Assembly: GCA_963755715.1 (NCBI GenBank)
Contig: CAVWLW010000054.1
Coordinates: 142,723 to 206,722 of the forward strand
Length of the DNA: 64,000 nt
Source of the DNA: an uncultured delta proteobacterium
GTDB taxonomy: Bacteria; Desulfobacterota; Binatia; UBA9968
Direction of reading: 5' to 3'
Positions 31,710 through 42,678 of the stretch are shown here, piece after piece. The translations under genes and the position numbers were made by a program. Under the pieces are notes generated by a model that was not told the DNA's origin, did not search any database, and was given only the letters and a program-made list of their open reading frames with translations. Every line of letters starts with the position of its first letter. The stretch's first letter is position 1.

Positions 31710-31712
<3 letters not shown>
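31345..31712 (+). pseudogene. Relic C-terminus of a large serine recombinase abutting the tRNA 3' end
   Basis: Frameshifted RWEETLEKGLLGLEECAGRIKELRRQREDLL...KKEFLREILKEVRV...VRLTYRLP...QMVEP reading into the tRNA; no catalytic N-terminus present. Confidence 0.6.
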
Positions 31713-31785
<73 letters not shown>

Positions 31786-31787
31786 GA

Positions 31788-32649
31788 TTATTTGGTCGTC
31801 TTTAAATACTCGAGCAGTTTATCTTTTAAGTCCGGCCTTTTCAACGCGTAGGCGACAGTGGCGCGCACGAAACCGAACTTGTCACCGATATCGTAGCGAT
31901 CACCGAGAAACTCGCAGCCGTAGACTTTGCGTTCACGCACCAGTTGAGCAAGACCATCGGTCAATTGAATCTCGCCGCCCTTGCCCGGCGGAAGCTTCTG
32001 CAGAATGGAAAAAATTTCCGGCCGCAGCACGTAGCGGCCGATGATCGCCATCCTCGACGGCGCGTCTTTCGCCGATGGCTTTTCCACAGTCGCCTCGATC
32101 TGGTAAAGCCGCTTCCTTGAGGACCTTGCCCTTGATAATTCCGTACTGTTGCACTTCCGTCTCGGGCACTTCCATGAGCGCGACCACCGACTCGTCGGTA
32201 CGCTCGAAGATGTCCGATAGCTGACGGATACAAGGCGTCTCACTATCGATGAGATCATCGGCGAGCATGACGGCAAAGGGTTCGGCACCGACAAGATCCC
32301 GAGCGCACAGCACCGCATGACCAAGTCCCAGCGGTTTTTTTTGCCGCACCGACACGACCTCGGTCATTTCGGCAATACGTCTAAGCATCTTGACCATTTC
32401 TGGCTGGCCGCGATCGGCGAGCACCTGCTCCAACTCGGGCGCGTCATCGAAATGATCTTCGATGCCATCCTTGCCACGGCCGGTGACGAAGATGATCTCC
32501 TCGATACCCGCATCCACCGCTTCCTGCACGACGTATTGAATCGATGGGATATCGACGATCGGCAAAAGTTCTTTCGGTACGGTCTTTGTCGCGGGGAGAA
32601 AGCGAGTTCCCAAACCCGCCACGGGTATGACTGCTTTTCTAAGCTTCAT
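31788..32649 (-). CDS. galU: UTP--glucose-1-phosphate uridylyltransferase; +1 frameshift near 32117
   Basis: AVIPVAGLGTRFLPATK..PKE, RQ..PLGLGHAV, VEKP, GEIQLTD, RYDIGDKFG. Confidence 0.93.
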
Positions 32650-32666
32650 GGATTTTTCCAGTACGA

Positions 32667-33032
32667 TTAAACAACTCTCTTGGCTTTTCGCTCGGCGATT
32701 TCTTGACTGGACTTACAACTGATGCAGAGCGTCGTCACGGGACGTGCCTTAAGCCGTTCGATGCCGATCTCTTCGCCGCAGTCTTCGCAGATGCCGTATT
32801 CGCCTTTTTCGAGACGCTGCAAAGCTTCCTGAATTTTAAAAATTAGCTTGCGGTCACGATCGCGCATGCGCAGCATCGAATTGCGGTTGGACTCCATAGA
32901 AGCCCGGTCCGTGGGATCGGGGAAATTGCCGTCTTCGTCCATGTTCTCCACGGTTTTGCCCGCTTCCATTCGAAGCTCGGCGATGCGCTGGTTCAAAAGC
33001 CGACGAAAGTATTGTGCATCCGTTAAATTCAA
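32667..33032 (-). CDS. dksA: RNA polymerase-binding protein DksA
   Basis: DPTDRAS, RDRDRKLI.KI, CEDC...CISC zinc finger. Confidence 0.93.
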   Translation of the reverse strand: MNLTDAQYFRRLLNQRIAELRMEAGKTVENMDEDGNFPDPTDRASMESNRNSMLRMRDRDRKLIFKIQEALQRLEKGEYGICEDCGEEIGIERLKARPVTTLCISCKSSQEIAERKAKRVV

Positions 33033-33139
33033 TTTACACCCATCGCGAGGGCAAAACTATAATGGCGGTTATTATAGGTGAAAGCTGATAAACATCAACC
33101 GCGCAGGGATTCGACGAACTCCGCCGATCCGCCTATGAG

Positions 33140-33961
33140 TCACTCGCTGAAGGCAACGGGCCGGGGATGGGCCAGAACGTAAATCTCCGTCGACTTCGGC
33201 AGCATGCCGCGATTTAAAATCAACTGAGATTGGGTGATTCTTTTGACCGGATAATGTTCTTGGGCGAAGGCGGCAAAAAGTTCGGCTTGCCGTGCCACAT
33301 CGTAATGCATCGGGATCACGATCGGTGGTTTGACCTGCTCGATCACTTTGATGATGTCGTCAAAACCGAGATTGGTCATAGCGTCGATCGGCATCATGAT
33401 CACGTCGACGTGTTGCAACACCTTCACCTGTTCCGGGGTCAGCAGATGACCAATGTTTCCCAGGTGGGCAAGACACAAACTGCCCATCTCGTAGACAAAA
33501 ATCGAATTGGCGATCGCGCCCCAATTTTCACTGCGCTGACTCGGGATATTGACAATCGTGATGTCCTTAACGCTGGTGCGGATCGGATTCCAGGTTTGCT
33601 TGAAGGTGATGCCGCGGAGAATGACGGGATTGCCCGTCACCGCCCCGGTATTGTTGTGCGTAAAGTGGTCATTGCTAACGGTCACTGCGTCGGCTTGAAT
33701 GCCTGGCGTCACGTTGAAATTGGGATCGGCGACGATCTTGGTTTGACTCCCTGATTGGATCAAGAAACTCGAGTGCCCATACCAGTTGACGAAGTATGAG
33801 CCCAAGGAAGGCGACTTCAGGCCATTGCCGCGCGCCTGAATGAATTGACGTCCCTGATGGAAGAGATGGACCAAAGAAGGATTGCAGATCGCATCGGCGA
33901 TGCCGCGTAACGGCAAAAATAACGCCGCGCCCACCACACCGAGAAAGCCGCGTCGCTTCAT
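33140..33961 (-). CDS. Tat-exported metallo-beta-lactamase-fold hydrolase
   Basis: MKRRGFL Tat motif, WYGHSSF, SNDHFTHN, HLGNIGH, IPMHY. Confidence 0.78.
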   Translation of the reverse strand: MKRRGFLGVVGAALFLPLRGIADAICNPSLVHLFHQGRQFIQARGNGLKSPSLGSYFVNWYGHSSFLIQSGSQTKIVADPNFNVTPGIQADAVTVSNDHFTHNNTGAVTGNPVILRGITFKQTWNPIRTSVKDITIVNIPSQRSENWGAIANSIFVYEMGSLCLAHLGNIGHLLTPEQVKVLQHVDVIMMPIDAMTNLGFDDIIKVIEQVKPPIVIPMHYDVARQAELFAAFAQEHYPVKRITQSQLILNRGMLPKSTEIYVLAHPRPVAFSE

Positions 33962-34518
33962 TTTTCCTCCTCGATGATCAAAGCCGTAAAGCTCGACACT
34001 GTCGTGTCCGGCCGGCGCCAGGCATCCTTCGCCAACCCCGCTTTCAGACAGGTTTGTTGCAAAAAAGTTTCTATGTCCCAGCCGTATTCTACGGCGACCT
34101 GCGGCAAGAGCACGCCGCGCTTCCTGGCGCACGCCACGTGAAGCCCGTGTTTGCCGACTTCCAGAGACAACGGCACCGATGAACGCGTCAACGAAGAAAT
34201 GACGGAAATATCGATGTGAATTTGCTCGATCTCGTCGGCGCGCACCGGCTTGACTCGGCGGTCGCGCGTCGCCGCGGCCTCGGTCATCTCGATCACGACC
34301 TCGCGCAGCGCGCTCGACGGCGTGCAAATACCGACGCAGCCGCGTAGATTTTTTTTATTGAACAGACTGACAAAGGCGCCGTAGCCGATTTTTTCCAAGT
34401 GAGGATCGCTCGTACAGGCGCCTTCAAAAGAGCGCGCGCACGCGACCCTTTCAAGCGTCAGTCTGGCAATTTCCATCAGACGCCGCTGGGAATCGGCCGG
34501 AAGGTTTACTTCGACCAT
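33958..34518 (-). CDS. AMMECR1 domain protein (AmmeMemoRadiSam system protein A)
   Basis: GAFVSL...LRGCVG, RDRR, GVLLPQVA, CLKAGL. Confidence 0.88.
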   Translation of the reverse strand: MVEVNLPADSQRRLMEIARLTLERVACARSFEGACTSDPHLEKIGYGAFVSLFNKKNLRGCVGICTPSSALREVVIEMTEAAATRDRRVKPVRADEIEQIHIDISVISSLTRSSVPLSLEVGKHGLHVACARKRGVLLPQVAVEYGWDIETFLQQTCLKAGLAKDAWRRPDTTVSSFTALIIEEEK

Positions 34519-34592
34519 GCTCGCCACCGAATCAGGGCGGAGTCTATCGCCGCGGTGACGGGATTACAAGAAATGAGGAATTGTAAAAACGG

Positions 34593-34991
34593 TCAGGAAG
34601 AGCAGTGCTTGCAAGTGCCGTAGAAGGCCAGTTGGTGCGAGGTCACCTTGAAGCCTTCATGGGGCAATTTGAATGGCTTAATTTCTTTTTGATTATCGAC
34701 CAGCACATCATAGACGCGGTCGCACGTCTCGCAAATAAAATGTTGATGTCGTTCGACCAGCGGATCGAAATGTTGTGAACGCCCGCGCATTAATACCTGA
34801 AGCTTCTGGTCGGCGACTAATTTTTGCAAATTGCGATAAACCGTGCCGAGGCTGATGTTCGGCAACTTTCTGCGCACCCGATCGTAGATTTGATCGGCGG
34901 TCGGGTGCGATTTGTCTTCCCTGACAGCGTCCCACACCACTTCGAGCTGTTTGGTCGTTCTTGGTTGTTTGCGCGCTTTCGACACGGTCAA
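34593..34991 (-). CDS. Fur family transcriptional regulator (PerR-like)
   Basis: HPTADQIY, ISLGTVYRNL, HQHFICETC, GTCKHC. Confidence 0.9.
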   Translation of the reverse strand: MTVSKARKQPRTTKQLEVVWDAVREDKSHPTADQIYDRVRRKLPNISLGTVYRNLQKLVADQKLQVLMRGRSQHFDPLVERHQHFICETCDRVYDVLVDNQKEIKPFKLPHEGFKVTSHQLAFYGTCKHCSS

Positions 34992-35563
34992 GCCACCAGA
35001 TCTTCCGCCAGGGATTGTTGCGCGTCGGGAGCCAACACGGCCCGGGCCTTATAATTCGGATGATCGATGATCAGCTCGGCGCGCTCGCCGGCGCGGAACG
35101 CCTGGCGGGTTTGCGGATCGAACGGAAACCGCACATATTGCACGGCGCTGATTTTATCTTCTTTACTGTGGCCTTCTTCGAAGCGTCCCTGTATGGAGCG
35201 TTCGCCGACTTTCAGAAAGACCGCTTCGTCGATGCCCAAGAATTTCAAGAGATCCTCGCGTAAATGGGATTGGTCTTCGATCTCGAGAAAAAGCGTGGCG
35301 CTCAGCTCATCGGTGTCCGGGATAAGCTCGTTGTAAACGGCGATCTCTTCGCGAATCTTATCGAGATCGGTGATTTTCTCGGCGCGCAGCATTTCCTGAA
35401 TTTGAAATGTCACCGTGTCGCGGTTCTCAAATACCACCGAAACACGGTCGCCCAGCGCGATGCGCCGCTTTTTCTTTTTGTCGATGATGTCGTTACGAAA
35501 TTTCTCGCGCACCTGCTCATAGGCGGCAAAACCGAGAATGTCGTCGAGAACAATCTTTTTCAT
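34988..35563 (-). CDS. DUF3501 family protein
   Basis: FENRDTV.FQIQEMLRAE, YNELIP, SATLFLE, SAVQYVRF, DHPNY; adjacent to rubrerythrin. Confidence 0.85.
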   Translation of the reverse strand: MKKIVLDDILGFAAYEQVREKFRNDIIDKKKKRRIALGDRVSVVFENRDTVTFQIQEMLRAEKITDLDKIREEIAVYNELIPDTDELSATLFLEIEDQSHLREDLLKFLGIDEAVFLKVGERSIQGRFEEGHSKEDKISAVQYVRFPFDPQTRQAFRAGERAELIIDHPNYKARAVLAPDAQQSLAEDLVA

Positions 35564-35728
35564 ATCTACTACTGCAGCTTGATCCTAGGTCACTGAATCT
35601 GCACCCGTTACTTAAACGGAAGATATTTCAAGTATATTTAAACGCGCCGAATCCGGCTATTCAACCCTGGCGGATAGAGCGCAACCAGAGCCGGCTCCAT
35701 CCGCCAGTTTGTGACTGCTCGCGTAAGA

Positions 35729-36154
35729 TTAGCTGCCTAGCGTATCGAGTCCTTTAGTAAATCTCCCGGCATGAGATTTTTCGGCTTTGGCTAAGGTTTC
35801 GAACCATTCGGCCAACTCCGACAGACCCTCGTCGCGCGCGGTCTTGGCAAACCCCGGATACATTTCGGTGTATTCATAGGTTTCACCCTCTACCGCCGAC
35901 TTCAGGTTCTTCGAGGTGGTGCCGATGGGCACGCCGGTGCAGGGATCGCCGACTTCTTTCAGAAAGTCGAGATGCCCGAACGCATGGCCCGTCTCCGCCT
36001 CGGAGGTGTCGCGAAATAAACCGCCGACATCGGGATAGCCTTCGATATCCGCCACCCGTGCGAAATAAAGATAGCGTCTGTTCGCTTGAGACTCACCCGC
36101 GAAGGCATGCTTCAGATTGTCATGACTCTTCGTGCCAGATAAACTTTTTGCCAT
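35729..36154 (-). CDS. Short (rubredoxin-less) rubrerythrin
   Basis: [41 protein letters not shown]. Confidence 0.92.
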   Translation of the reverse strand: MAKSLSGTKSHDNLKHAFAGESQANRRYLYFARVADIEGYPDVGGLFRDTSEAETGHAFGHLDFLKEVGDPCTGVPIGTTSKNLKSAVEGETYEYTEMYPGFAKTARDEGLSELAEWFETLAKAEKSHAGRFTKGLDTLGS

Positions 36155-36168
36155 AAAACTCCTCCTTC

Positions 36169-36194
36169 TTATTAGTAATAATTACTACTAATAA
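36169..36194. promoter_or_regulatory. Fur/Per-box-like AT-rich palindrome
   Basis: TTATTAGTAATAATTACTACTAATAA inverted repeat immediately upstream of the rubrerythrin RBS; Fur-family gene in the same run. Confidence 0.7.
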
Positions 36195-36286
36195 AATGCT
36201 CGCGCCTAGTCAAGCGCGGCTTTGCTTTTTTTGGTGGCGCAGTTCTGTTATTTTTGCTCTATGCGATTGTGCTTTCAGCGTAAGGA

Positions 36287-36613
36287 ATGCTCATGATCTC
36301 CATCGACGATTTTCGCAAAGTCGAGCTCAAGGTTGCCACGGTAAAATCAGCCGAGGCCCATCCCAACGCCGATAAGCTGATCGTGTTGCAAGTGGACTTG
36401 GGCTCCGAGCAGCGGCAGATTTGCGCCGGCATTAGGAATCATTACACGCCGGAAGAACTCGTCGGGAAACAGGTCGTGGTGGTCGCCAATCTGGAAACCG
36501 CCAAGCTTCGCGGGCTAGAGAGTCAGGGAATGCTTTTGGCAGCGTCGGACGATGGCCGCGTGATTATCCTGACGCCGGAAAAACCGGTGCTCGCCGGCGC
36601 GCAGGTAAAATAA
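36287..36613 (+). CDS. Stand-alone tRNA-binding OB-fold protein (MetG C-terminal/Trbp111-like)
   Basis: ISIDDF.KVELKV, HPNADKL, RQICAGI, NL...KLRGLESQGMLLAA. Confidence 0.9.
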   Translation: MLMISIDDFRKVELKVATVKSAEAHPNADKLIVLQVDLGSEQRQICAGIRNHYTPEELVGKQVVVVANLETAKLRGLESQGMLLAASDDGRVIILTPEKPVLAGAQVK

Positions 36614-36643
36614 TTCCCCATCGCGAACCGGCCCTCACCTCAC

Positions 36644-37777
36644 ATGATCAAGTTTCTTAAAGGTCGTCCGACGCACTGCCGCATCGACCACGCCGCGGTT
36701 CGCTGGAATCTGCGCCAAATTAAGAAAACCATCGGACCGCGCGTAAAAATTCTCTCGATGGTTAAGGCCAATGCTTACGGGCATGGAGCGGTCGAAGTCG
36801 CGCGAACTCTAGCCAAGTCGGGAAGCGATGCTTTTGGCGTCGCCACCGTTGAGGAAGGCATCGAACTCCGACGCGCCCAGATCACCCAACCGATTCTAGT
36901 GCTGGCCGGTGTCTATCTCGGACAAGTCGATCAGTTTTTGCGAAACAGGTTGACGCCAGTCATTCATGAAGCGGCAACGCTGAGAGCATTGGACCAAGCG
37001 TTACGAGCACGCAATGCCAAGCTCAAGATCCAACTTGAGATCGACACTGGCATGGGCCGGATCGGCTTTCCTACTTCTGAGATTGACGCCTGGCTGCCGC
37101 TGGTTAGCCAACTCAAAGCCTTGACGGTGGATGGCGTATTCTCCCATTTTTCCGATGCTGAATCCGCCAACGAAAAATACACTCAGAGACAGCTGGCGCA
37201 ATTTCACCAAGTGCTCAGTCGTCTTAAGAGCACGAAAATTTTTCCTGCCGCCAGCCACATGGCAAAGAGCGCCGCGTTGGTCACAATTCCGGCATCCCAT
37301 CTCACGATGGTGCGGCCGGGACTTATTCTTTACGGCATGTATCCAGCGCCCCAGATGAAAAAGCAAATCGCGCTTAAACCGGTGCTGAGCTGGCGCACTC
37401 GAATCATTCAGTTAAAACGCTCTCCCGCCAGAACGTACATCGGTTACGGCCGCACCTTCGTTACTAAGAGAAATAGCCTGATAGCGACCTTGCCGGTCGG
37501 TTACGCCGACGGTTACCGACGGCTTTTGTCGAATCATGCTGTGGTTCTCGTGCGCGGCAAACGTGCGCCGGTGGTGGGTCGAGTGAGCATGGATTTGACT
37601 ACCGTCGATGTTACCGATATACGAAAAGTACAACAGGGAGATGAGGTTGTTCTCCTCGGTCGTCAAGGCGCCGCGGAAATTTCCGCCGACGAAATGGCCG
37701 CCTGGGCAAACACAATCTCTTACGAGATCTTTACTTCCATCGGCGCTCGAGTTCCCCGCACTCACATCAATTTTTAG
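36644..37777 (+). CDS. alr: Alanine racemase
   Basis: VKANAYGHG, DTGMGRIG, VRPGLILYG, GYADG, GRVSMD, TISYE. Confidence 0.96.
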   Translation: MIKFLKGRPTHCRIDHAAVRWNLRQIKKTIGPRVKILSMVKANAYGHGAVEVARTLAKSGSDAFGVATVEEGIELRRAQITQPILVLAGVYLGQVDQFLRNRLTPVIHEAATLRALDQALRARNAKLKIQLEIDTGMGRIGFPTSEIDAWLPLVSQLKALTVDGVFSHFSDAESANEKYTQRQLAQFHQVLSRLKSTKIFPAASHMAKSAALVTIPASHLTMVRPGLILYGMYPAPQMKKQIALKPVLSWRTRIIQLKRSPARTYIGYGRTFVTKRNSLIATLPVGYADGYRRLLSNHAVVLVRGKRAPVVGRVSMDLTTVDVTDIRKVQQGDEVVLLGRQGAAEISADEMAAWANTISYEIFTSIGARVPRTHINF

Positions 37778-37791
37778 GAGGAATACCGGCA

Positions 37792-39366
<1,575 letters not shown>

Positions 39367-39375
39367 CCAGTTTTT

Positions 39376-39424
39376 GGTCGAGGATCGACGATCGCGATCC
39401 TCCATCTTCCATCCTCGATCTTCG
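39376..39424. repeat. Short heptamer tandem repeat with hairpin potential between purH and purD
   Basis: GATCCTC CATCTTC CATCCTC GATCTTC preceded by complementary GAGGATC GACGATC. Confidence 0.55.
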
Positions 39425-39431
39425 AAAACTT

Positions 39432-40706
39432 ATGAGAATTCTCGTCATCGGCAGCGGCGGACGCGAGCACGCCCTGGTTTGGAAAATCCGCCAAAGCCCG
39501 CGTGTGACAAAAATTTACTGCGCGCCCGGCAGCGCGGCGATCGGCGAGCTCGCCGAGCCTGTGGCAATCCAACCCGAGCAAATCGAACAGCTCGCCGATT
39601 TCGCGACCAAAGAAAAAATCGATCTCACCGTCGTTGGACCGGAGCTGCCGCTGACCCTAGGCATCGCCGATCTGTTCGAGTCACGCGGCCTGAGAATATT
39701 CGGACCAAACAAAGCCGCCGCGCAGCTGGAAGGCAGCAAAGCTTTCGCCAAAGAAATGCTTCAGGAAAATAATATTCCGACGGCTTCTTCGGGAACATTC
39801 ACCGAGGCAATTTCCGCGTTTCAGTATCTCGCGCAACAAAGAGCGCCCTACGTCATCAAGGCCGACGGTCTTGCCGGCGGCAAAGGCGTGATTATTTGCC
39901 AGAGTCTCGCCGAAGCGCAAAGCGCCGTCGAAGAGATCCTCGTGCGCAAGGCCTTTGGCAAAGCCGGCGACAAAGTTGTCATCGAAGAGTTTTTGGACGG
40001 CGAGGAAGCTTCGTTTATGGCGTTGACCGACGGCGCGCATATTCTCCCACTGGCATCGTCGCAAGATCACAAGCGTGTCTTCGACGGCGATCAAGGTCCC
40101 AACACCGGCGGCATGGGCGCCTACTCTCCAGCGCCGGTCGTGACAGCGGCGCTGCACGAGAGAATCCTGCACGAAATCCTCACGCCTTTGCTCGCCGGCC
40201 TGAAGAAAAAAAACATCGACTACCGCGGCGTGATCTATGTCGGTTTGATGATTACCGAAGCTGGACCCAAGGTTTTGGAATTTAATGCGCGCTTCGGCGA
40301 CCCGGAGTGTCAGCCGATCATGATGCGGCTAGAAAGCGATCTGCTTCCGTTGCTGGAAGCGGCCATCGACGGTAAATTGGCGACGATTCAATGCGAATGG
40401 TCCAACGAGCCGGCGGTTTGTGTCGTCCTAGCCGCGGACGGCTATCCAGGCTCTTACGGCAAAGGCAAAGAAATTCACGGGCTGGAGAAATTAAAAACCT
40501 GGCAAAAAGGTTTTGTGTTTCATGCCGGCACGGTCAAAGACAACGGCCGTTGGCTTACTTCCGGTGGACGGGTTTTAGGTGTGACTGCCCGTGGCCTAAA
40601 CATTGCGGAAGCGGTTAATGAGGTTTATCGAGCGGTGCATGAAATTTCCTGGGAAGGCATGCACTACCGCAAGGACATCGCCCAACGGGCGTTGAAGACG
40701 GAATAA
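39432..40706 (+). CDS. purD: Phosphoribosylamine--glycine ligase
   Basis: GSGGREHAL, VVGPE, KADGLAGGKGV, QDHKR, NTGGMG, RFGDPE. Confidence 0.97.
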   Translation: MRILVIGSGGREHALVWKIRQSPRVTKIYCAPGSAAIGELAEPVAIQPEQIEQLADFATKEKIDLTVVGPELPLTLGIADLFESRGLRIFGPNKAAAQLEGSKAFAKEMLQENNIPTASSGTFTEAISAFQYLAQQRAPYVIKADGLAGGKGVIICQSLAEAQSAVEEILVRKAFGKAGDKVVIEEFLDGEEASFMALTDGAHILPLASSQDHKRVFDGDQGPNTGGMGAYSPAPVVTAALHERILHEILTPLLAGLKKKNIDYRGVIYVGLMITEAGPKVLEFNARFGDPECQPIMMRLESDLLPLLEAAIDGKLATIQCEWSNEPAVCVVLAADGYPGSYGKGKEIHGLEKLKTWQKGFVFHAGTVKDNGRWLTSGGRVLGVTARGLNIAEAVNEVYRAVHEISWEGMHYRKDIAQRALKTE

Positions 40707-40723
40707 CTTCGGAGGAATTTATC

Positions 40724-41239
40724 GTGGCAGACAAAAAAGCCAAAGTCGGCATTTTGATGGGCAGCGATTCAGATCTCGAAGTGATGCGCGAGGCGGAAAA
40801 ACGACTCGATTCTTTCGGTATCGGTTATGAAACCCGGATCATGTCGGCGCATCGCACGCCGGATAAGGCGGCAGAGTACGCCGCGACCGCAGAGCAGCGC
40901 GGCTTGGAAGTGATTATCTGCGGCGCCGGCGCTGCGGCGCACCTGGCCGGCGCAATCGCCGCGAACACGACCTTGCCCGTGATTGGAATTCCGATCGATT
41001 CTTCAAGCCTCAAAGGTCTGGATGCGCTGCTGGCGACGGTGCAAATGCCCGCGGGTATTCCCGTGGCGACAATGGCGATCGGCAAAGCTGGCGCTGCCAA
41101 CGCGGGCATCTTCGCCGCGCAGATCGTCGGGCGCAAGGATTCCGAAGTCGCCGCCAAGCTTGCCCAAGCGAAAAAGGAGATGGCCGCCGGTGTCGAAGAG
41201 CGCGACCGCAAGCTCCAGAGTGAAAGAAAGAAAAGCTGA
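40724..41239 (+). CDS. purE: N5-CAIR mutase
   Basis: MGSDSD, SAHRTP, AGAAAHLAG, VQMPAGIPVAT. Confidence 0.96.
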   Translation: MADKKAKVGILMGSDSDLEVMREAEKRLDSFGIGYETRIMSAHRTPDKAAEYAATAEQRGLEVIICGAGAAAHLAGAIAANTTLPVIGIPIDSSSLKGLDALLATVQMPAGIPVATMAIGKAGAANAGIFAAQIVGRKDSEVAAKLAQAKKEMAAGVEERDRKLQSERKKS

Positions 41240-41846
41240 AACACTTTTAGCCGCTGTCGCCGCGCTCCAGCGTGGCGACGTGATCGTTTTTCCCACCGAA
41301 ACGCTTTATGGCTTGGGCGCAGACGCGCTCGACTCCGCCGCGGTTGATAAAGTCTTTCGACTCAAAGATCGGGATTCGGTCAATCCGATCCCCGTGCTTG
41401 TCAGCGACCAAGCCATGCTGCGCATTCTGGTAGCCGAAGTCCCGGCACTTGCACAACGATTGATAGAGCGGTTCTGGCCCGGGCCGTTAACATTGGTGTT
41501 GCCCGCGCGCGCGGAAGTGCCGCAGCCGCTTTTGAATTCGACCGGCGGGGTCGGCGTGCGCATTTCCAGTCAACCGATCGCCACGAAGCTCGTCAAATCC
41601 CTCGGCCGTCCGCTCACCGCGACCAGCGCGAATCCATCCGGCCACGCTTCGGCGCATACCGTCGAGGAAGCAAAAAATTATTTTGCCGGCCGGGTCGAGA
41701 TCTTTGTCGACGGCGGCGTGCTCACTTCGAAAACCGGCTCCTCCGTCGTCGAAGTTATCGGCGATACGGTCCGCATCCTACGCGACGGTGAGATCGGCAG
41801 GAGAGAATTGCAAACCTGCGCCGGACGAGGCAGAGTCGTGCCATGA
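41220..41846 (+). CDS. tsaC: L-threonylcarbamoyladenylate synthase (TsaC/YrdC)
   Basis: FPTETLYGLG, FWPGPLTLV, TATSANPSG; GTG start overlapping the purE end. Confidence 0.92.
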   Translation: MKERKAETLLAAVAALQRGDVIVFPTETLYGLGADALDSAAVDKVFRLKDRDSVNPIPVLVSDQAMLRILVAEVPALAQRLIERFWPGPLTLVLPARAEVPQPLLNSTGGVGVRISSQPIATKLVKSLGRPLTATSANPSGHASAHTVEEAKNYFAGRVEIFVDGGVLTSKTGSSVVEVIGDTVRILRDGEIGRRELQTCAGRGRVVP

Positions 41847-42055
41847 AACCAACTATGTCGATTCTTTTGCTGCTCGCCCTTGTATTGTATTACGGCTGCG
41901 AATCGAAATCCGACACGGTGAGTCAAGGCCGAGAAGCCGTCAAAGAGGTTGTCACGCAGCCTTTCAATACTTTGGACAGCGCGAAGGATTCGCTCAAGCA
42001 GAGTGAGGAAAAGGCCAAGGCCGCGCTGGAGCAAGCCGATAAGGAATCCCAATAG
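41843..42055 (+). CDS. Small putative lipoprotein
   Basis: Hydrophobic signal ending YYGC; start overlaps tsaC stop (ATGA). Confidence 0.6.
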   Translation: MKPTMSILLLLALVLYYGCESKSDTVSQGREAVKEVVTQPFNTLDSAKDSLKQSEEKAKAALEQADKESQ

Positions 42056-42080
42056 CGCTGCAACGGACCCACTATCGGCC

Positions 42081-42620
42081 TCACGAGCGAGACGCCGATT
42101 TGATAATCCTTGCGATTTCTTTCCCGTCCTCGCCATCATAGTAGTTGACGTTCTGGTCTTTTATATAGAGCGCGCGAAGACCTACTTGCGGTCCGGTCGC
42201 CGCCGTGCCATAGGCGCCAACTTTATTGGAGTCGGGATATTCGCAGAGATCGGGAAAATCCATCGTGCTTACCACCAGGTAACGAAGCTCGTCCGCGCCT
42301 GTGTTAATCAGCTGGTGCGGATATTCAGCACCGACCGGGCAAGCGACGATCGTCCCTGGCACGACGGTAAGTTCCTCTTTGCCGAATCGCAAAACGCCCT
42401 CGCCTTCGATGACGTAAATCATCTCCTCGTTGCCGGTATGCGTATGCAAAGGGAAAGCGGCTTTACCCGGCGGCACGTAGAAAAAACTGTATCCCAATTT
42501 TTGCGCGCCGGTGTGCGCGCCGACCCGCCGGCGCGTGCCGCCGAACACCGAGCCGTCCGGCGCATTGATCTTCTCAAACGGAACTTCGGAAAGATTGATG
42601 ATGTGTTTATGTTTCGCCAT
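42081..42620 (-). CDS. Cupin domain protein
   Basis: PGK.AFPLHTH..NEEMIYVIEGEG, HQLIN, EYPDSNK. Confidence 0.88.
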   Translation of the reverse strand: MAKHKHIINLSEVPFEKINAPDGSVFGGTRRRVGAHTGAQKLGYSFFYVPPGKAAFPLHTHTGNEEMIYVIEGEGVLRFGKEELTVVPGTIVACPVGAEYPHQLINTGADELRYLVVSTMDFPDLCEYPDSNKVGAYGTAATGPQVGLRALYIKDQNVNYYDGEDGKEIARIIKSASRS

Positions 42621-42678
42621 GGCTCCTCCTCGTCGTAACACGTGTGAATCCTCACGTTCTGTGCTATCTGAATGAATC

